A DNA stretch of 64,000 bases from Eledone cirrhosa (lineage: Eukaryota), in assembly GCA_964016885.1 (NCBI GenBank), contig OZ024748.1, positions 23,746,001 to 23,810,000 of the forward strand, written 5' to 3'. The notes under the pieces were generated by a model that ran no database searches, was not told where the DNA came from, and was given only the letters and a program-made list of their open reading frames with translations. The translations under genes were made by a program, and so were the position numbers. Positions 62,817 through 64,000 of this stretch are shown in pieces (position 1 is the stretch's first letter; every line of letters starts with the position of its first letter).

Positions 62817-64000
62817 GGGGTTAGTTTTAGGGTTACAGTTAGGTTTTGGTTTAGGTTTATTGTTAGGTTTAGTGTTAGGGTTAGGGTTAGGGTTAGGGTT
62901 AGGCTTAAGGTTAGGTTTATGGTTAGGGTTGGGTTAGGGTTAGGGTTAAGGTTAGGGTTAGGTTTAGGGTTAGGTTTAGGGTTAGGGTTAGGGTCAGGTT
63001 TAGTGTTAGGGTTTAGGATTAGCGTTTAGGGTTAGGGTTAGGGTAAGGGTTAGGGTTAGTGTTAGTGTTTGGGTTAGTTTTAGGGTTAGGGTTAGGGTTA
63101 GGGTTAGGATTAGGGTTTAGGGTTAGGCTTAGGGTTAGGGTTAGGGTTAGGGTTTAGTGTTAGGGTTAGGGTTAGGGTTAGGGTTAAGGTTAGGGTTAGG
63201 GTTAGGGTTAGGGTTAGGGTTAGTATTAGGGTTTAGGGTTAAGGATAGAGTTAGGGTTAGGTTTAGAGTTAGGGTCAGGGTTATGGTTAGAGTTAGCGTT
63301 AGGGTTAGGGTTAGGGTTAGGGTTAGGGTTAGTTTTAGGGTTAGAGTTAGTGTTTGGGTTAGGGTTAGCGTTAGGGTTAGGGTTAGGGATTAGGGTTAGG
63401 GTTGGGGTTAAGGTTAGGGTTTAGGGTTAGCGTTAGTGTCAGGGTTGGGGTTAGCTTTAGGGATTAGTGTTAGGGTTTAGGGTTAGGGTTAGGGTTAAGG
63501 TTAGGGTTTAGGGTTACATTTAGGGTTAGAGTTTGGGTTAGGGTTAGGTTTAGGTTTAGGGTAAGCGTTTAAGTTTAGGGTTAGGCTTTAGGGTTAGGGT
63601 TGGGGTTACGGTTAGGGTTTAGGGTTAGGGTTAGTGTCAGGGTTGGGGTTAGGTTTAGGATTTAGTGTTAGGGTATAGGGTTAGGGTTAGGGTTAGGGTT
63701 AATGTTAGGGTTAGTGTTTAGGGCTAGGGTTAAGCTTAGGGTTAGGGTTAGATTTAGGGTTAGGGTTTGGTTAGGGGTTAGGGATAGGGTTAGGGTTAGG
63801 GTCAGGGCTAGGGTTAGGGTAAGGGTTAGAGTTTAGGGTTAGGGTTTAGGGTTAGGGTCAGGGTTAAGGTTAGGGTTAGGGTTAGGGTTAGGGTTAGTGT
63901 TAGGGTTTAGGGTTAAGTTTAGATTTAGGGTTAGGCTTAATGTTAGGGTTAGGGTTAGGGTTAGGGTTAGGGTTAGGGTTAGGGTCAAGTTTAAGGTTAG

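Larger units (their letters stand above)
1..64000 (+). repeat. Degenerate (TTAGGG)n telomere-like tandem array with interspersed variant repeats, extending beyond both window ends
   Basis: TTAGGG is the dominant unit on every line. The rest are 1-2 nt variants or TTTAGGG. G-rich strand is + throughout and no unique sequence is present. Confidence 0.99.

Noticed and set aside
218-63393. All ORFs in the track as protein-coding genes
   Set aside because: They are VR, GL, TL or NP dipeptide translations of TTAGGG/CCCTAA. Most start at GTG/TTG/ATT-type codons, have no domain content, and recur only because the DNA is duplicated.
1-64000. Variants as sequencing or basecalling noise in a pure telomere
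   Set aside because: The same rare variants recur in the same order at multi-kb offsets, which random error would not produce.
1-64000. Assigning a taxon from TTTAGGG (plant), TTAGGC (nematode) or TTAGG (insect) units
   Set aside because: These occur mostly as isolated one-step variants among TTAGGG, never as long runs, and TTAGGG is used by many eukaryotic lineages.
1-64000. CRISPR array, telomere-targeted retrotransposon, or herpesvirus telomeric repeat region
   Set aside because: There are no unique spacers, no coding or poly(A) sequence and no viral flanks. The array is far longer than the viral telomeric tracts I know of.

Overview
The whole 64 kb is one degenerate (TTAGGG)n array, G-rich on the + strand. 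I see no genes, RNA genes, transposons or unique sequence. Canonical hexamers alternate with single-base variants (TTAGTG, TTAGGT, TTAGAG, TTAAGG, TTAGGC, TTAGGA, TTAGCG, TTATGG, TTACGG, TTTGGG, TCAGGG, CTAGGG, ATAGGG) and frequent T-insertion 7-mers (TTTAGGG). The variants are not random: exact variant strings recur at fixed offsets, revealing nested tandem duplications from about 30 bp to about 9.5-13.6 kb in roughly four domains. The array therefore behaves like a telomere-derived satellite with higher-order structure, not like fresh telomerase product. The only clear break in strand polarity is a 32-nt C-rich insert at 35309, 39443 and 48900. It is the reverse complement of the sequence just downstream and forms a 28-bp hairpin. 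All listed ORFs are translations of the repeat (VR, GL, TL, NP dipeptides) and are not called as genes. Species and chromosomal position (interstitial, subtelomeric or proximal telomere) cannot be determined from this window. Duplication boundaries were read by eye and are approximate; offsets come from matching landmarks and ORF coordinates.
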